A stretch of DNA of 34,186 bases from an uncultured Ignavibacteriaceae bacterium (GTDB lineage Bacteria > Bacteroidota > Ignavibacteria > Ch128b). The translations under genes and the position numbers were made by a program. The notes below the pieces were generated by a model. That model was not told the origin of the DNA and searched no databases. It was given only the letters and a program-made list of their open reading frames with translations. Below, piece by piece: positions 23,333 to 34,186 of the stretch. The stretch lies in contig CAZNDS010000002.1 in NCBI GenBank assembly GCA_964571865.1, positions 1,973 through 36,158 on the forward strand, written 5' to 3'. Positions within the stretch are counted from its first letter, which is position 1; each line of letters begins with the position of its first letter.

Positions 23333-25765
23333 TTACTCTTCCTCTTCCGGAATAACTCGAGCGATAGCCGCGATCCGATCGTTCAGATTCAGTTTTATCA
23401 AGCGTACGCCTTGTGTGTTCCTTCCCATCAATCGCAGATCTTTTGCATGCTGACGAATGATCATTCCTTTATTTGTAATAATAACAAGATCATCATTATC
23501 TTCTAATTCTCTGATTGAGACCATCTTGCCGTTCTTATCACTTGTCTTAAGAGTTCTTACTCCTTTTCCGCCCCGGCGAGTGATTCTATATTCATCAATC
23601 TCTGTTCGCTTTCCAAATCCTTGTTCGGTAACAACAAGAACGGATGCTTTGCGTTTCGAGACAATCATACCAACTACGCGATCAGTTTTATTTAATTTAA
23701 CAGCTTTCACTCCGGCTGCACCACGCCCCATATCTCTTACATCTATTTCGCTAAATCTTATTGCCATTCCTTCATAAGTACCGATTATTAGATCATCCGT
23801 TCCTTCACTCACCTTTGCTTCAATAAGCTTATCTCCTTTTTTAAGGTTGATGGCAATAATTCCACCCTTCCGTGGATTACTGAAAGCATCAAGTTTTGTT
23901 TTTTTAATTAATCCTTTTTCAGTTGCCATTACAACAAACTTCTTTGGATCAAAATCTCGAACTGACACAAATGCGCGAATGTTGTCTCCTTTATCAACCT
24001 TGATTAAGTTTAAAATTGATCTGCCGCGAGTTGCTCTTCCGCCTTCTGGAATTTCATAAACCTTCAGCCAATGACATCTTCCTTGATCTGTGAAAAGAAG
24101 AATGTAATTATGCGTAGAAGCGATAAACATGTGTTCGATAAAATCATCTTCGCGAGTTGCCGCTCCTGTCACGCCCTTTCCTCCGCGGGATTGTCTTCTA
24201 TACCCGCTAACCGGAAATCTTTTAATGTATCCATTGTGCGAAATCGTAATTACGACATCTTCTTCGGCGATAATATCTTCAATATTGAACTCCGTATAAT
24301 CTTTGATTACTTGAGTTCTTCTTTCGTCACCATATCTTTCTTTAATTTGAAGAAGTTCGTCGCTGATCAATTGCATTCTTTTTGATTTACTTGCAAGAAT
24401 AGCGCGAAGTTTTTCTATTAACTTAATGGTTTCTTTGTATTCGTCTTCAATCTTTTTGCGTTCAAGTCCTGTTAGGCGTTGTAATCTCATATCAAGGATC
24501 GCCTTGGCTTGAATTTCGCTGAGCTTAAATTTCTTCATTAAACCGGTTTTAGCGGTCTCGACATCTTTAGATTTTTTAATTAGTTGAACAATTGCATCTA
24601 TGTGATCGAGAGCAATTTTATATCCTTCAAGAATATGTGCACGTCTTTCAGCTGCATCTAAATCGAATTTCGTCCTTCTAATAAGCACCTCATGACGATG
24701 GTCAATAAAATGCTGCATAGCTTCTTTAAGGGTCAGAACCGTTGGAATGCCATTTACGAGTGCAAGCATTATTACTCCGAACGTGACTTGCATATTTGTA
24801 TGCTTGAAGAGTTGGTTCATAACAACTTCTGTCTGTGCGTCGCGTTTCAATTCAATTACGATTCTCAATCCATCTCTGTCAGATTCATCTCTAACATCTG
24901 AGATATCGTCCAACTTTCCTTCGCGAACTAAATCTGCAATCTTTTCGATGAGCGAAGATTTGTTTACTTGATATGGCAACTCTGAGACAACAATATTCTC
25001 GCGGTTATTTTTTAGTGTTTCGACATTTGCCCTTGCACGAATGGTCAGCTTCCCGCGTCCGGTTGTATACGCATCTTTCACTCCGTCGTAACCGTAAATA
25101 ATTCCGCCTGTCGGAAAATCAGGAGCTGAAACGTACTTCATCAATTTTTCATTTTTCAGATCGGGGTCTTTTATTAAAGCAATCAATCCATCGATCACTT
25201 CGGTCAAATTGTGCGGTGGAATGTTTGTTGCCATTCCCACTGCGATGCCGCTGCTTCCATTGACGAGGAGATTCGGAAGGTAAGATGGCATTAATGTAGG
25301 TTCTTGAAGACTATCGTCAAAATTCGGAGCGAAGTCGACTGTGTTCTTTTCTAAATCACGCAAAATTTCTTCGGATATTCTTGCCAACCTCGCTTCTGTA
25401 TAACGCATTGCTGCCGGTGAATCGCCATCGACTGAACCGAAGTTTCCTTGCCCATCAACTAATGGATAACGAAGTGAAAAATCTTGAACCATACGCACCA
25501 TCGTATCGTAAACTGCAGAGTCTCCGTGCGGATGATATTTACCAAGAACCTCACCAACGATCCTTGCAGATTTTTTGTAAGCGCGGTTGTGAGCTAATCC
25601 GAGTTCATGCATTCCGTATAGAACTCTGCGGTGAACGGGTTTCAATCCATCTCTTACATCGGGCAAAGCTCTTGCAACGATTACTGACATTGCGTAATCG
25701 ATGTACGAGCCGCGCATTTCTTCTTCTATTGTTACAGGTACTATTTTTTCAAAAAGTGTCGCCAT
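23333..25765 (-). CDS. gyrA: DNA gyrase subunit A
   Basis: 810-aa [27 protein letters not shown], the catalytic region [29 protein letters not shown], and C-terminal beta-pinwheel repeats. Confidence 0.95.
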   Translation of the reverse strand: MATLFEKIVPVTIEEEMRGSYIDYAMSVIVARALPDVRDGLKPVHRRVLYGMHELGLAHNRAYKKSARIVGEVLGKYHPHGDSAVYDTMVRMVQDFSLRYPLVDGQGNFGSVDGDSPAAMRYTEARLARISEEILRDLEKNTVDFAPNFDDSLQEPTLMPSYLPNLLVNGSSGIAVGMATNIPPHNLTEVIDGLIALIKDPDLKNEKLMKYVSAPDFPTGGIIYGYDGVKDAYTTGRGKLTIRARANVETLKNNRENIVVSELPYQVNKSSLIEKIADLVREGKLDDISDVRDESDRDGLRIVIELKRDAQTEVVMNQLFKHTNMQVTFGVIMLALVNGIPTVLTLKEAMQHFIDHRHEVLIRRTKFDLDAAERRAHILEGYKIALDHIDAIVQLIKKSKDVETAKTGLMKKFKLSEIQAKAILDMRLQRLTGLERKKIEDEYKETIKLIEKLRAILASKSKRMQLISDELLQIKERYGDERRTQVIKDYTEFNIEDIIAEEDVVITISHNGYIKRFPVSGYRRQSRGGKGVTGAATREDDFIEHMFIASTHNYILLFTDQGRCHWLKVYEIPEGGRATRGRSILNLIKVDKGDNIRAFVSVRDFDPKKFVVMATEKGLIKKTKLDAFSNPRKGGIIAINLKKGDKLIEAKVSEGTDDLIIGTYEGMAIRFSEIDVRDMGRGAAGVKAVKLNKTDRVVGMIVSKRKASVLVVTEQGFGKRTEIDEYRITRRGGKGVRTLKTSDKNGKMVSIRELEDNDDLVIITNKGMIIRQHAKDLRLMGRNTQGVRLIKLNLNDRIAAIARVIPEEEE

Positions 25766-25810
25766 ATATGTCTCAAAAATTAAAAATCATATTATTAACT
25801 GTTTTATCTT

Positions 25811-26161
25811 TTATATTTTATACGAACCAAATTTTTTGTTTAGCCATATTCTAATTCTTTCAATTAAATATTGAGGTGTTATACACGGTTTATCATCAAG
25901 ATATTTCCTTTCGTTGTCTTTCCAGCTCATAACTGCAAGGAAATAAAATAATATTGTATAAAAAATTACACTAAGACTTACTAAGAGCAAATGTTTTTGA
26001 GATAGTTCCTGCGGAAAATCAAAACCATACTCATAAATATATGTTGCGATAGGGTGTAAAAAACCTATGACAGCGCCTACAGGAATCATTCTTTTCCATA
26101 TATAATTTTTTCTTCCTTTACTTCGAATTTTTTCCCATTCTTTTTTTTGCCGTGGTGTCAT
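25811..26161 (-). CDS. hypothetical two-TM membrane protein
   Basis: 116-aa ORF with a basic N-terminus and two hydrophobic spans. It starts 9 nt downstream of the HepT stop. No family recognised. Confidence 0.4.
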   Translation of the reverse strand: MTPRQKKEWEKIRSKGRKNYIWKRMIPVGAVIGFLHPIATYIYEYGFDFPQELSQKHLLLVSLSVIFYTILFYFLAVMSWKDNERKYLDDKPCITPQYLIERIRIWLNKKFGSYKI

Positions 26162-26169
26162 ATTTATCT

Positions 26170-26562
26170 TTATTTAAGTTCGTTAATGATTTTGTCGATA
26201 GCTCTTTTAAGCCTCGGAAGGTCATTTTTACAGATGTTATAAATTTCTTCTTCATCAATTTCTAAATATTGATGAGAAATTACATCTCTTAATCCCATAG
26301 CTTGCTTCCAATTGATTTCTGGATAGGAAGTCAGAAAGTTGGGATTCTTCTTTTCGATGTTCTTTAAAATCTCACCAATTACCTGTAAGCGCATCATAAC
26401 GGAATCAAATCTTTCGATGCCACTGTCATCTTTCACAAATTCCGAAAAAGATTTTATATCTCTGGTTCTCTTTAGAATTATATCAATACAATCTTTTACA
26501 TCTAAAAATTTTTTTATCAAAACTTCATTATGCATTGACAGCATCCTTCTCAACTTCTTCAA
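26170..26562 (-). CDS. hepT: HepT-like (DUF86) ribonuclease toxin
   Basis: 130-aa ORF with the RX4HXY motif (GLRDVISHQYLEID). It sits immediately downstream of, and overlaps, an MNT gene. The real start may be the internal Met (MHNEVLIKK, about 26535), which would leave a short overlap. Confidence 0.75.
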   Translation of the reverse strand: MKKLRRMLSMHNEVLIKKFLDVKDCIDIILKRTRDIKSFSEFVKDDSGIERFDSVMMRLQVIGEILKNIEKKNPNFLTSYPEINWKQAMGLRDVISHQYLEIDEEEIYNICKNDLPRLKRAIDKIINELK

Positions 26563-26830
26563 GCAAACGTTTTCGTAAGCTCGGTCTTTTTCTAATTATA
26601 TCGACCCTTCTATTAAAAGTTCTTTCTAAAAATTCTTTTAATCTAAAAATTTTATCATACGAGGCGGGCATATCTACATAAAAATCTATATCACTTTCAT
26701 CATTTTGTTCATCTCGTGCAAATGAACCAAAAAGGGAGATTTCTGTAACCGCAAAATTTTTGAATAAGAAATTTTTCTTGTCTTTTAATAACTTTAATAT
26801 TTTACCTTTATCAAGTGACTTCGTTGTCAT
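26528..26830 (-). CDS. mntA: MNT-type minimal nucleotidyltransferase (HepT antitoxin)
   Basis: 100-aa ORF with LFGSFARDEQNDESDIDFYVD (GSxxR ... DxD). Confidence 0.75.
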   Translation of the reverse strand: MTTKSLDKGKILKLLKDKKNFLFKNFAVTEISLFGSFARDEQNDESDIDFYVDMPASYDKIFRLKEFLERTFNRRVDIIRKRPSLRKRLLEEVEKDAVNA

Positions 26831-26860
26831 GTACTATTTTTTTTAATATCACTAATTATA

Positions 26861-29179
<2,319 letters not shown>

Positions 29180-29205
<26 letters not shown>

Positions 29206-30295
29206 TTTTTATATAAAAAACAGAATCTTTCTCTGACTTTCGCAGTGCCGAAATATCCGTAAAGTCTGTAAGTGTGATAAATGTTTGTCCTAAATCGCCA
29301 AGATGCTCACTGATTTTCTTTCCACGCGTTTTATCCAGATCGCCAAATACATCGTCTAGAAGGAAAAAGGGATTTTTGTTCAGCTTATCACGCAGATAAA
29401 AATATTCTGCGAAACGTAATGCTACTTGAAATGTTTTATGCTGACCTTGAGAACCGAAAGTTCTCAGATCAATACCATTCAATAAAAATTTATAATCATC
29501 TCTATGCGGACCAACGAGATTTGCAGTGCGTCGAATCTCGTTTCCATTTTCTTCGTCAATTAGTCTTCTGAAATGACTTTCTATTTCCGGATTCATTTCA
29601 TCGATAATTGTCTGATATTGCATATCGGGAATTTCAATTCCTTCCATAATGAAAGCATAAGCCGACTCGACATAATGTTTGAATTCCGATATAAAATGGA
29701 TTCTGCTTTTTATCAGTTTTGTACCGATATCGATTAATTTTTCGGTCCAGACTTTTAACTCATCAATTAATTCATCTCTATAGTTTTCTCTTATTTGAAA
29801 TAATAGCGACGCTCTTTGGCGGAGTATCCGCTTATATTCGAGAAAATTTTGAAAATATGAAATGCTGTACTGTGATATTATTGAGTCGACAAATTTTCTT
29901 CTGTCTTGAGGAAATTCTTCGGTAATTTTGGAATCTCGCGGTGAAAGAAGTACAACAGGATATTTTCCAACTACTTCCGATGGACTTGAAATAAGTTTTC
30001 CGTTAATCGCGTACTGCTTTTTATTTTCATTTATATCGTATCTGATCACCATGCTATCATCGATTAAGTCCGATACATTCGCTTTAATCTCATAAAGGGA
30101 TTCATCAAAATTAATTATTTCACTTTCGCTGTTAGCAACAAAGCTCTTTGTGGTTGAGATATAATGAATTGCTTCAAGTATAGTGGTTTTTCCCTGTCCA
30201 TTTCCCCCAACGATGTAATTCAATCCCTCAGAAAAATTCAGAACAGCGTTTTTGTGAAGCCGAAAGTTCAACAACGAAAGTGATTTTAAATACAT
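29180..30295 (-). CDS. recF: DNA replication/repair protein RecF
   Basis: 371-aa ORF. Walker A GGNGQGKTTILEA, signature SQGQHKTF, Walker B FFLLDDVFGDLD. Confidence 0.9.
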
Positions 30296-30296
30296 C

Positions 30297-31406
30297 TCAA
30301 GTGTTGAGTCTCATCGGCATAATTAATACCAAAAAGTTTTCACTCTCCAATTGAGTTTTTGGCTCTAAAATACAAGCCCTTGTTGGATTATTTAGCTTAA
30401 ATATTACTCTGTCATTGTCAATATTTCTAATTGCCTCACTCACATAAATAGAATTAAAAGCAATCACCATAGGTTCGCCTTGATAATCGCAGAGGATTTT
30501 TTCGTTTGCTTCGCTGCCAAGATCAATATTTTCGGCAGAGAGTGAAAGAATATCTTTTGATATTGAGAATTTCACCTGTTTCGTTTGTGAACTTGTAAAC
30601 AGTGAAATTCTTCTTAGCACGTTTGATAATTCTTCTTTAGATGTTTCAAGAAGATTATCATTTTCTAACGGTATAACACTTTCATAATTCGGATATTGAT
30701 CTTCGATTAAGCGGGCTACAAAAACTATACTTCCCTGTTCAAGTCTTATTTGAGAATCATTAAATGAAACTCTAACATCGCTGTCTGATAACATTTTTGA
30801 TACGACTTGTACGGCTCTGCCTGGAATAATTATTTTCTTTTCAATCGTGTTCTGAATATCTAAATATGATAACTTAACGAGTCTATGTGCATCCGTTGCA
30901 ACAAATCTTAATTCATCGTTTTTCAATTCCATCAGCACGCCTGTCATTGAAATGCGAGCTTCTTCTTTGCTAATTGCTGTATTCGTCGTATCAAATGCTC
31001 TTTTTAGACGATCTGTGCTTATTGTAAAATTATAAATTTCCTGAAACGCCGGCAGATGCGGAAAGTCGGCTGCTTCTAAGAATGAAATCTTGAAAACACC
31101 AGTATCGGTTGTAACCTTAAATTTCTGATCCTTATCAGTGCTAATTTTCACATCGGTATCGGTAAGTGATTTTATTGTATCGTGCAATAATCTCGCTGGT
31201 ACTACGATACTCGTTTCATGTGCTGAAGTAACAGGGATCGAAGTCTGCAGAGAAATTTGCATGTCTGTAGCATAAACCGAGAGCATATTATCTTTGATTG
31301 ACAATAGAAAATGATCGAGAATCGGCATGGGAGATCTTGCCGGAATTATCGAAACTACCTGGTTTAATATTTTTTCAAATTCTTTTGTGTTTACTTTAAA
31401 TTCCAT
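30297..31406 (-). CDS. dnaN: DNA polymerase III beta sliding clamp
   Basis: 369-aa ORF at the conserved position between dnaA and recF. Typical length for a three-domain clamp, ending ...LIMPMRL. Confidence 0.9.
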   Translation of the reverse strand: MEFKVNTKEFEKILNQVVSIIPARSPMPILDHFLLSIKDNMLSVYATDMQISLQTSIPVTSAHETSIVVPARLLHDTIKSLTDTDVKISTDKDQKFKVTTDTGVFKISFLEAADFPHLPAFQEIYNFTISTDRLKRAFDTTNTAISKEEARISMTGVLMELKNDELRFVATDAHRLVKLSYLDIQNTIEKKIIIPGRAVQVVSKMLSDSDVRVSFNDSQIRLEQGSIVFVARLIEDQYPNYESVIPLENDNLLETSKEELSNVLRRISLFTSSQTKQVKFSISKDILSLSAENIDLGSEANEKILCDYQGEPMVIAFNSIYVSEAIRNIDNDRVIFKLNNPTRACILEPKTQLESENFLVLIMPMRLNT

Positions 31407-31573
31407 TGAATATTCCTTAAAAAGACTTCAAAATTTACGAAAATAATAACTGCTTCTCAATTGATTTTATTGGAACCAGAATTAAAAAATTATCTATTTT
31501 TCATTAAATGGCGGATATTTTATCCCTATATTATAATTAAATTATCTCTTTAAACTAAGTGTAATAATAAGCG

Positions 31574-31755
31574 TGTTGATTTGTTGAAATGCAGGATTTG
31601 CTGCCATTTCATTGCAGAATCTTGCCAAAAATTTTCAACAAGAGAATGTATAAATAATTGATTAATCAACATGTATTAAAAAAAATATTTTCAAAAGAAT
31701 TTTATCAACTACGAATAAACACTATTCCACAGAAAATCATCATAAGTTATCAACA
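31574..31755. promoter_or_regulatory. cluster of DnaA-box-like 9-mers in the dnaA-dnaN intergenic region (candidate oriC half)
   Basis: TGTTGATTT 31574-31582 and TGTTGAAAT 31582-31590 on the bottom strand. On the top strand: TTTTCAACA 31632-31640, TAATCAACA 31663-31671, TTATCAACT 31702-31710, TATTCCACA 31723-31731, TTATCAACA 31747-31755. A very AT-rich stretch at 31441-31560 lies next to them. Confidence 0.5.
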
Positions 31756-31791
31756 TTGGAATTTTGGGAAAAAGAATAGATTAATTAAAAA

Positions 31792-33240
31792 TCAGCTGTT
31801 GATCTCTATCTTCCGTTGAATCGAATTTATTATAGAAATAAATTTATCCTCGGTCAGCATTTCTTCGACAGACTGAATAGAATGAATTACCGTAGAATGA
31901 TCTCTTCCTCCGAAATGCAGGCCGATTGTTTTTAGGGAAGCATTGGTAAACTTTTTGCAAAAATACATTGCTATCTGTCGTGCTTGAACAAACTCCTGTT
32001 TTTTAGTTTTTGATCTTAACATATCTTCTGGAATTTCAAAATACTGGCTGACTATTTTTTGAATTTGCTCAACAGTGATTGAGAATTTTCTATCGGTTGC
32101 AATGGATTTTACAACTTCTTTTGCCAGTTCAAGAGTAATTTCTTTTCCTTCAAGCGAAGCAAGAGCAAGAATTTTTACCAAACACCCTTCTAATTCACGA
32201 ATATTATTTGTGATGTTTGATGAAATATATTCAATTATTTCAGGATTAATTTCTAATCCGAAGGATTCACATTTTTTCAGAAGAATAGCAATTCGTGTTT
32301 CTAGATCCGGTGGCTGAATGTCAACGGATAAACCCCAGTGAAAGCGAGATATCAATCTCTCATCAAGTCCGGATAAACTTTTCGGCGGTTTATCGCTCGA
32401 AAGAATGATTTGTTTTCCAAGCTGGTGTAAACTGTTAAAAATATGGAAGAAAGTATCGGTAGTAGCTTCTTTAAGTGCAAAAAACTGAATATCATCAATA
32501 ATTAAAACATCAACCTTGCGATAGAAAGATGAAAACTCGTTTGTGCTGTTCTTTTTTATGGAATCAACGTATTCCATCGTGAATTTTTCTGCAGTTGTGT
32601 ACAGAACTCTTTTTGCTATATTATTTTTTAAAACAGCATTTCCGATTGCTTGAATAAGATGTGTTTTTCCTAATCCTACACCGCCGTAAATAAAAAGTGG
32701 ATTAAACGAAGTTCCGCCGGGTGAATTAGCGACAGCATATGCAGCAGCTCGAGCAAGTTGATTCCCCTCTCCCTTAATAAAATTATCGAAAGAAAATTTT
32801 TCGTTTAAATGTGTCTCAAAATTGACCGCATCAACATCGATTGATTTTTCTTGCGGAGATATTTGTCTAAGAGTTTTAGCATTTAATTCGTTGTCCGATA
32901 TTTTTGTGAGTTCATTCTTAATTTTATCATCGATTATGTAAACGAGTTTAGCTTTATCTCCAATAGAATGAAGTAAAGCTTTTTTAATTAATGTGTTATA
33001 ATGAACCTCAATATATTCCCAGGAAAAATCGTTAGGAATTTTTACTGTCAAAGTATTATTTGTAAAGTCGATTGGAACGATTGGCTCGAACCATGTCTTA
33101 AATGACAATCCGCCAATATGGTCTTTAATAATTTGAATGCAATTTTTCCAAACTTTCTGAGCCTCTTCAGTGTTTGATTTTGAGATTTCCTCTGAAAAAT
33201 TTAAGACAGAATTTTTCGTTTTATTCACAATTGGGGGCAA
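31792..33240 (-). CDS. dnaA: chromosomal replication initiator protein DnaA
   Basis: 482-aa ORF. Walker A GGVGLGKTHL, Walker B VLIIDDIQF, and C-terminal domain IV (ARQIAMYFCKKFTNASLKTIGLHFGGRDHSTVIHS). The track start is a TTG at 33240-33238, a GTG lies four codons in, and there is no nearby ATG. Confidence 0.95.
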   Translation of the reverse strand: MPPIVNKTKNSVLNFSEEISKSNTEEAQKVWKNCIQIIKDHIGGLSFKTWFEPIVPIDFTNNTLTVKIPNDFSWEYIEVHYNTLIKKALLHSIGDKAKLVYIIDDKIKNELTKISDNELNAKTLRQISPQEKSIDVDAVNFETHLNEKFSFDNFIKGEGNQLARAAAYAVANSPGGTSFNPLFIYGGVGLGKTHLIQAIGNAVLKNNIAKRVLYTTAEKFTMEYVDSIKKNSTNEFSSFYRKVDVLIIDDIQFFALKEATTDTFFHIFNSLHQLGKQIILSSDKPPKSLSGLDERLISRFHWGLSVDIQPPDLETRIAILLKKCESFGLEINPEIIEYISSNITNNIRELEGCLVKILALASLEGKEITLELAKEVVKSIATDRKFSITVEQIQKIVSQYFEIPEDMLRSKTKKQEFVQARQIAMYFCKKFTNASLKTIGLHFGGRDHSTVIHSIQSVEEMLTEDKFISIINSIQRKIEINS

Positions 33241-33493
33241 AAATTTCTCTAAAAAGTTAAACAGTTTTATTTAATAATTTACTTGAGATACAATCGTATT
33301 CCACAAGAAATCCACATATTATTGATTTTAATAACTTATTGTAAAATAATGACTTACAAGAATATATATCTGCGTAATTTACAATAGTCCATGTGGAATT
33401 CATGGATAGAAAAGCCACAAGTTTTTGTGAAACATTTTCACAAAAAAAGTATTCCACAATTTATTCACACAAAATGAAAGAACTTTTTCAACA
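33221..33493. promoter_or_regulatory. cluster of DnaA-box-like 9-mers upstream of, and overlapping, the dnaA start (candidate oriC half / dnaA autoregulation)
   Basis: TTATTCACA 33221-33229 (inside the first dnaA codons), TATTCCACA 33297-33305, AAATCCACA 33308-33316, TGTGGAATT 33392-33400, TGTGAAACA 33426-33434, ATTTTCACA 33434-33442, TATTCCACA 33450-33458, TTATTCACA 33461-33469, TTTTCAACA 33485-33493. An AT-rich tract follows to 33582. Confidence 0.55.
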
Positions 33494-33582
33494 AAAAGAT
33501 ATTAATAAAGTAGTCGATTCAAAGCAAGAAATATTTTTCAATTAAGAAAAAAAATTATAAAAATTATGGACGTTAAAAAATT

Positions 33583-34140
33583 TTATTTTTTTATTACTTT
33601 TAATACAAAAGTTACTTCTTCGGGAGAAAGAATTCCCGACAAAAATCTTTCATACATTACCGGCTCGATATTAATAAAAATATTAAGCCATTTTAGAATA
33701 GAGAAGTTAGAAACGTTAAATTTCTTTTCAATTATTTCAAACTGAGCAGATCCTTTATAATTAGTTCTGTGTTTAAGCTTCCATTTCTCATAAAACTTAA
33801 GACTTTTATTCTCAATGTATTCATAGTTATCAAACGTTCTAATGCCAAAAGGAGTTTTGTGATCAGGATCGCCGAAAAATTTAGTATTAAGAAAAAACGG
33901 AGCAAAAACTTTAATAATACAATTCGGCTTTGAGATTCTATAAAGCTCGTTTATCGTTACGTGAAAATTTGTAAGATGCTCAAGAACATGTGAACAATAA
34001 ATTTCATCAAAGGAATTGTCTTCAAACGGATATGGAAAAGAATTTAAATCATGGATCAAATTTCCGCCATAATCAACAACATCAATATTGATGTATCCCT
34101 CTTTCAAATCATATCCGCAGCCGAGATTTAATTTTTTCAC
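33583..34140 (-). CDS. class I SAM-dependent methyltransferase (Methyltransf_11-like)
   Basis: 185-aa ORF. Motif I KLNLGCG and the post-I/II block FDEIYCSHVLEHL. Confidence 0.7.
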   Translation of the reverse strand: MKKLNLGCGYDLKEGYINIDVVDYGGNLIHDLNSFPYPFEDNSFDEIYCSHVLEHLTNFHVTINELYRISKPNCIIKVFAPFFLNTKFFGDPDHKTPFGIRTFDNYEYIENKSLKFYEKWKLKHRTNYKGSAQFEIIEKKFNVSNFSILKWLNIFINIEPVMYERFLSGILSPEEVTFVLKVIKK

Positions 34141-34186
34141 TGAGCGAATATAAAAATAAAAGCTAAGATTTAGAAGAATTAGAAAT

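Noticed and set aside
23333-25765. Possible quinolone-resistance substitutions in the GyrA QRDR
   Set aside because: The motif reads [15 protein letters not shown], with Ser and Asp at the positions equivalent to E. coli S83 and D87, so it looks wild-type.
23457-25854. Plus-strand ORFs antisense to gyrA (23457..23777, 23847..24059, 24071..24385, 24692..24971, 25381..25854)
   Set aside because: gyrA on the minus strand is certain, and long antisense frames are common opposite highly conserved genes. No motifs were seen.
33257-33457. 66-aa minus-strand ORF upstream of dnaA
   Set aside because: It lies entirely within the DnaA-box-rich, AT-rich putative origin and promoter region. Its composition is odd and it has no recognisable motif. 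It is more parsimoniously non-coding.

Overview
AT-rich bacterial chromosomal window. I had no homology tools, so family calls rest on motifs I read in the translations. The lineage may be Ignavibacteria/FCB-group-like, which is only a guess.

Right half (about 23.3-33.6 kb, minus strand): the replication-origin neighbourhood, dnaA-dnaN-recF-DUF721(DciA-like)-gyrB-[MNT/HepT toxin-antitoxin + small membrane ORF]-gyrA. DnaA-box-like 9-mer clusters lie on both sides of dnaA.

Middle (11.3-23.3 kb):
- a tightly packed minus-strand operon: Rrf2 regulator, NapH-like 4Fe-4S membrane protein, hemerythrin, SAM methyltransferase, porin
- PAP2 phosphatase, ychF, corA, an outer-membrane beta-barrel protein, an SDR oxidoreductase
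- a lone radical-SAM enzyme, a nucleotidyltransferase plus small-ORF pair, and a DinB protein

Left part (3.8-11.3 kb): looks accessory or defence-like.
- An intact Type III R-M system (mod 4015-5997, res 6758-9403) is split by a 760-bp module. That module is an HUH/Y1 (IS200/RAYT-like) transposase ORF bracketed by inverted arrays of a 20-bp repeat, with five direct copies upstream and three inverted copies downstream.
- Next comes an AAA+/DUF4143 ATPase with a C-terminal PD-(D/E)xK-like motif. It is bracketed by two copies of a 44-bp double-dyad motif (TTTACTCA-N6-TGAGTAAA, twice).
- The island ends in about 560 bp of structured non-coding DNA.

The first 1.8 kb holds a long minus-strand ORF (DUF2723-like) that is missing from the supplied ORF track because it runs off the window edge. 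I saw no rRNA, tRNA or CRISPR. The two most interesting items are the repeat/HUH module inside the Type III operon and the dyad-bracketed ATPase.
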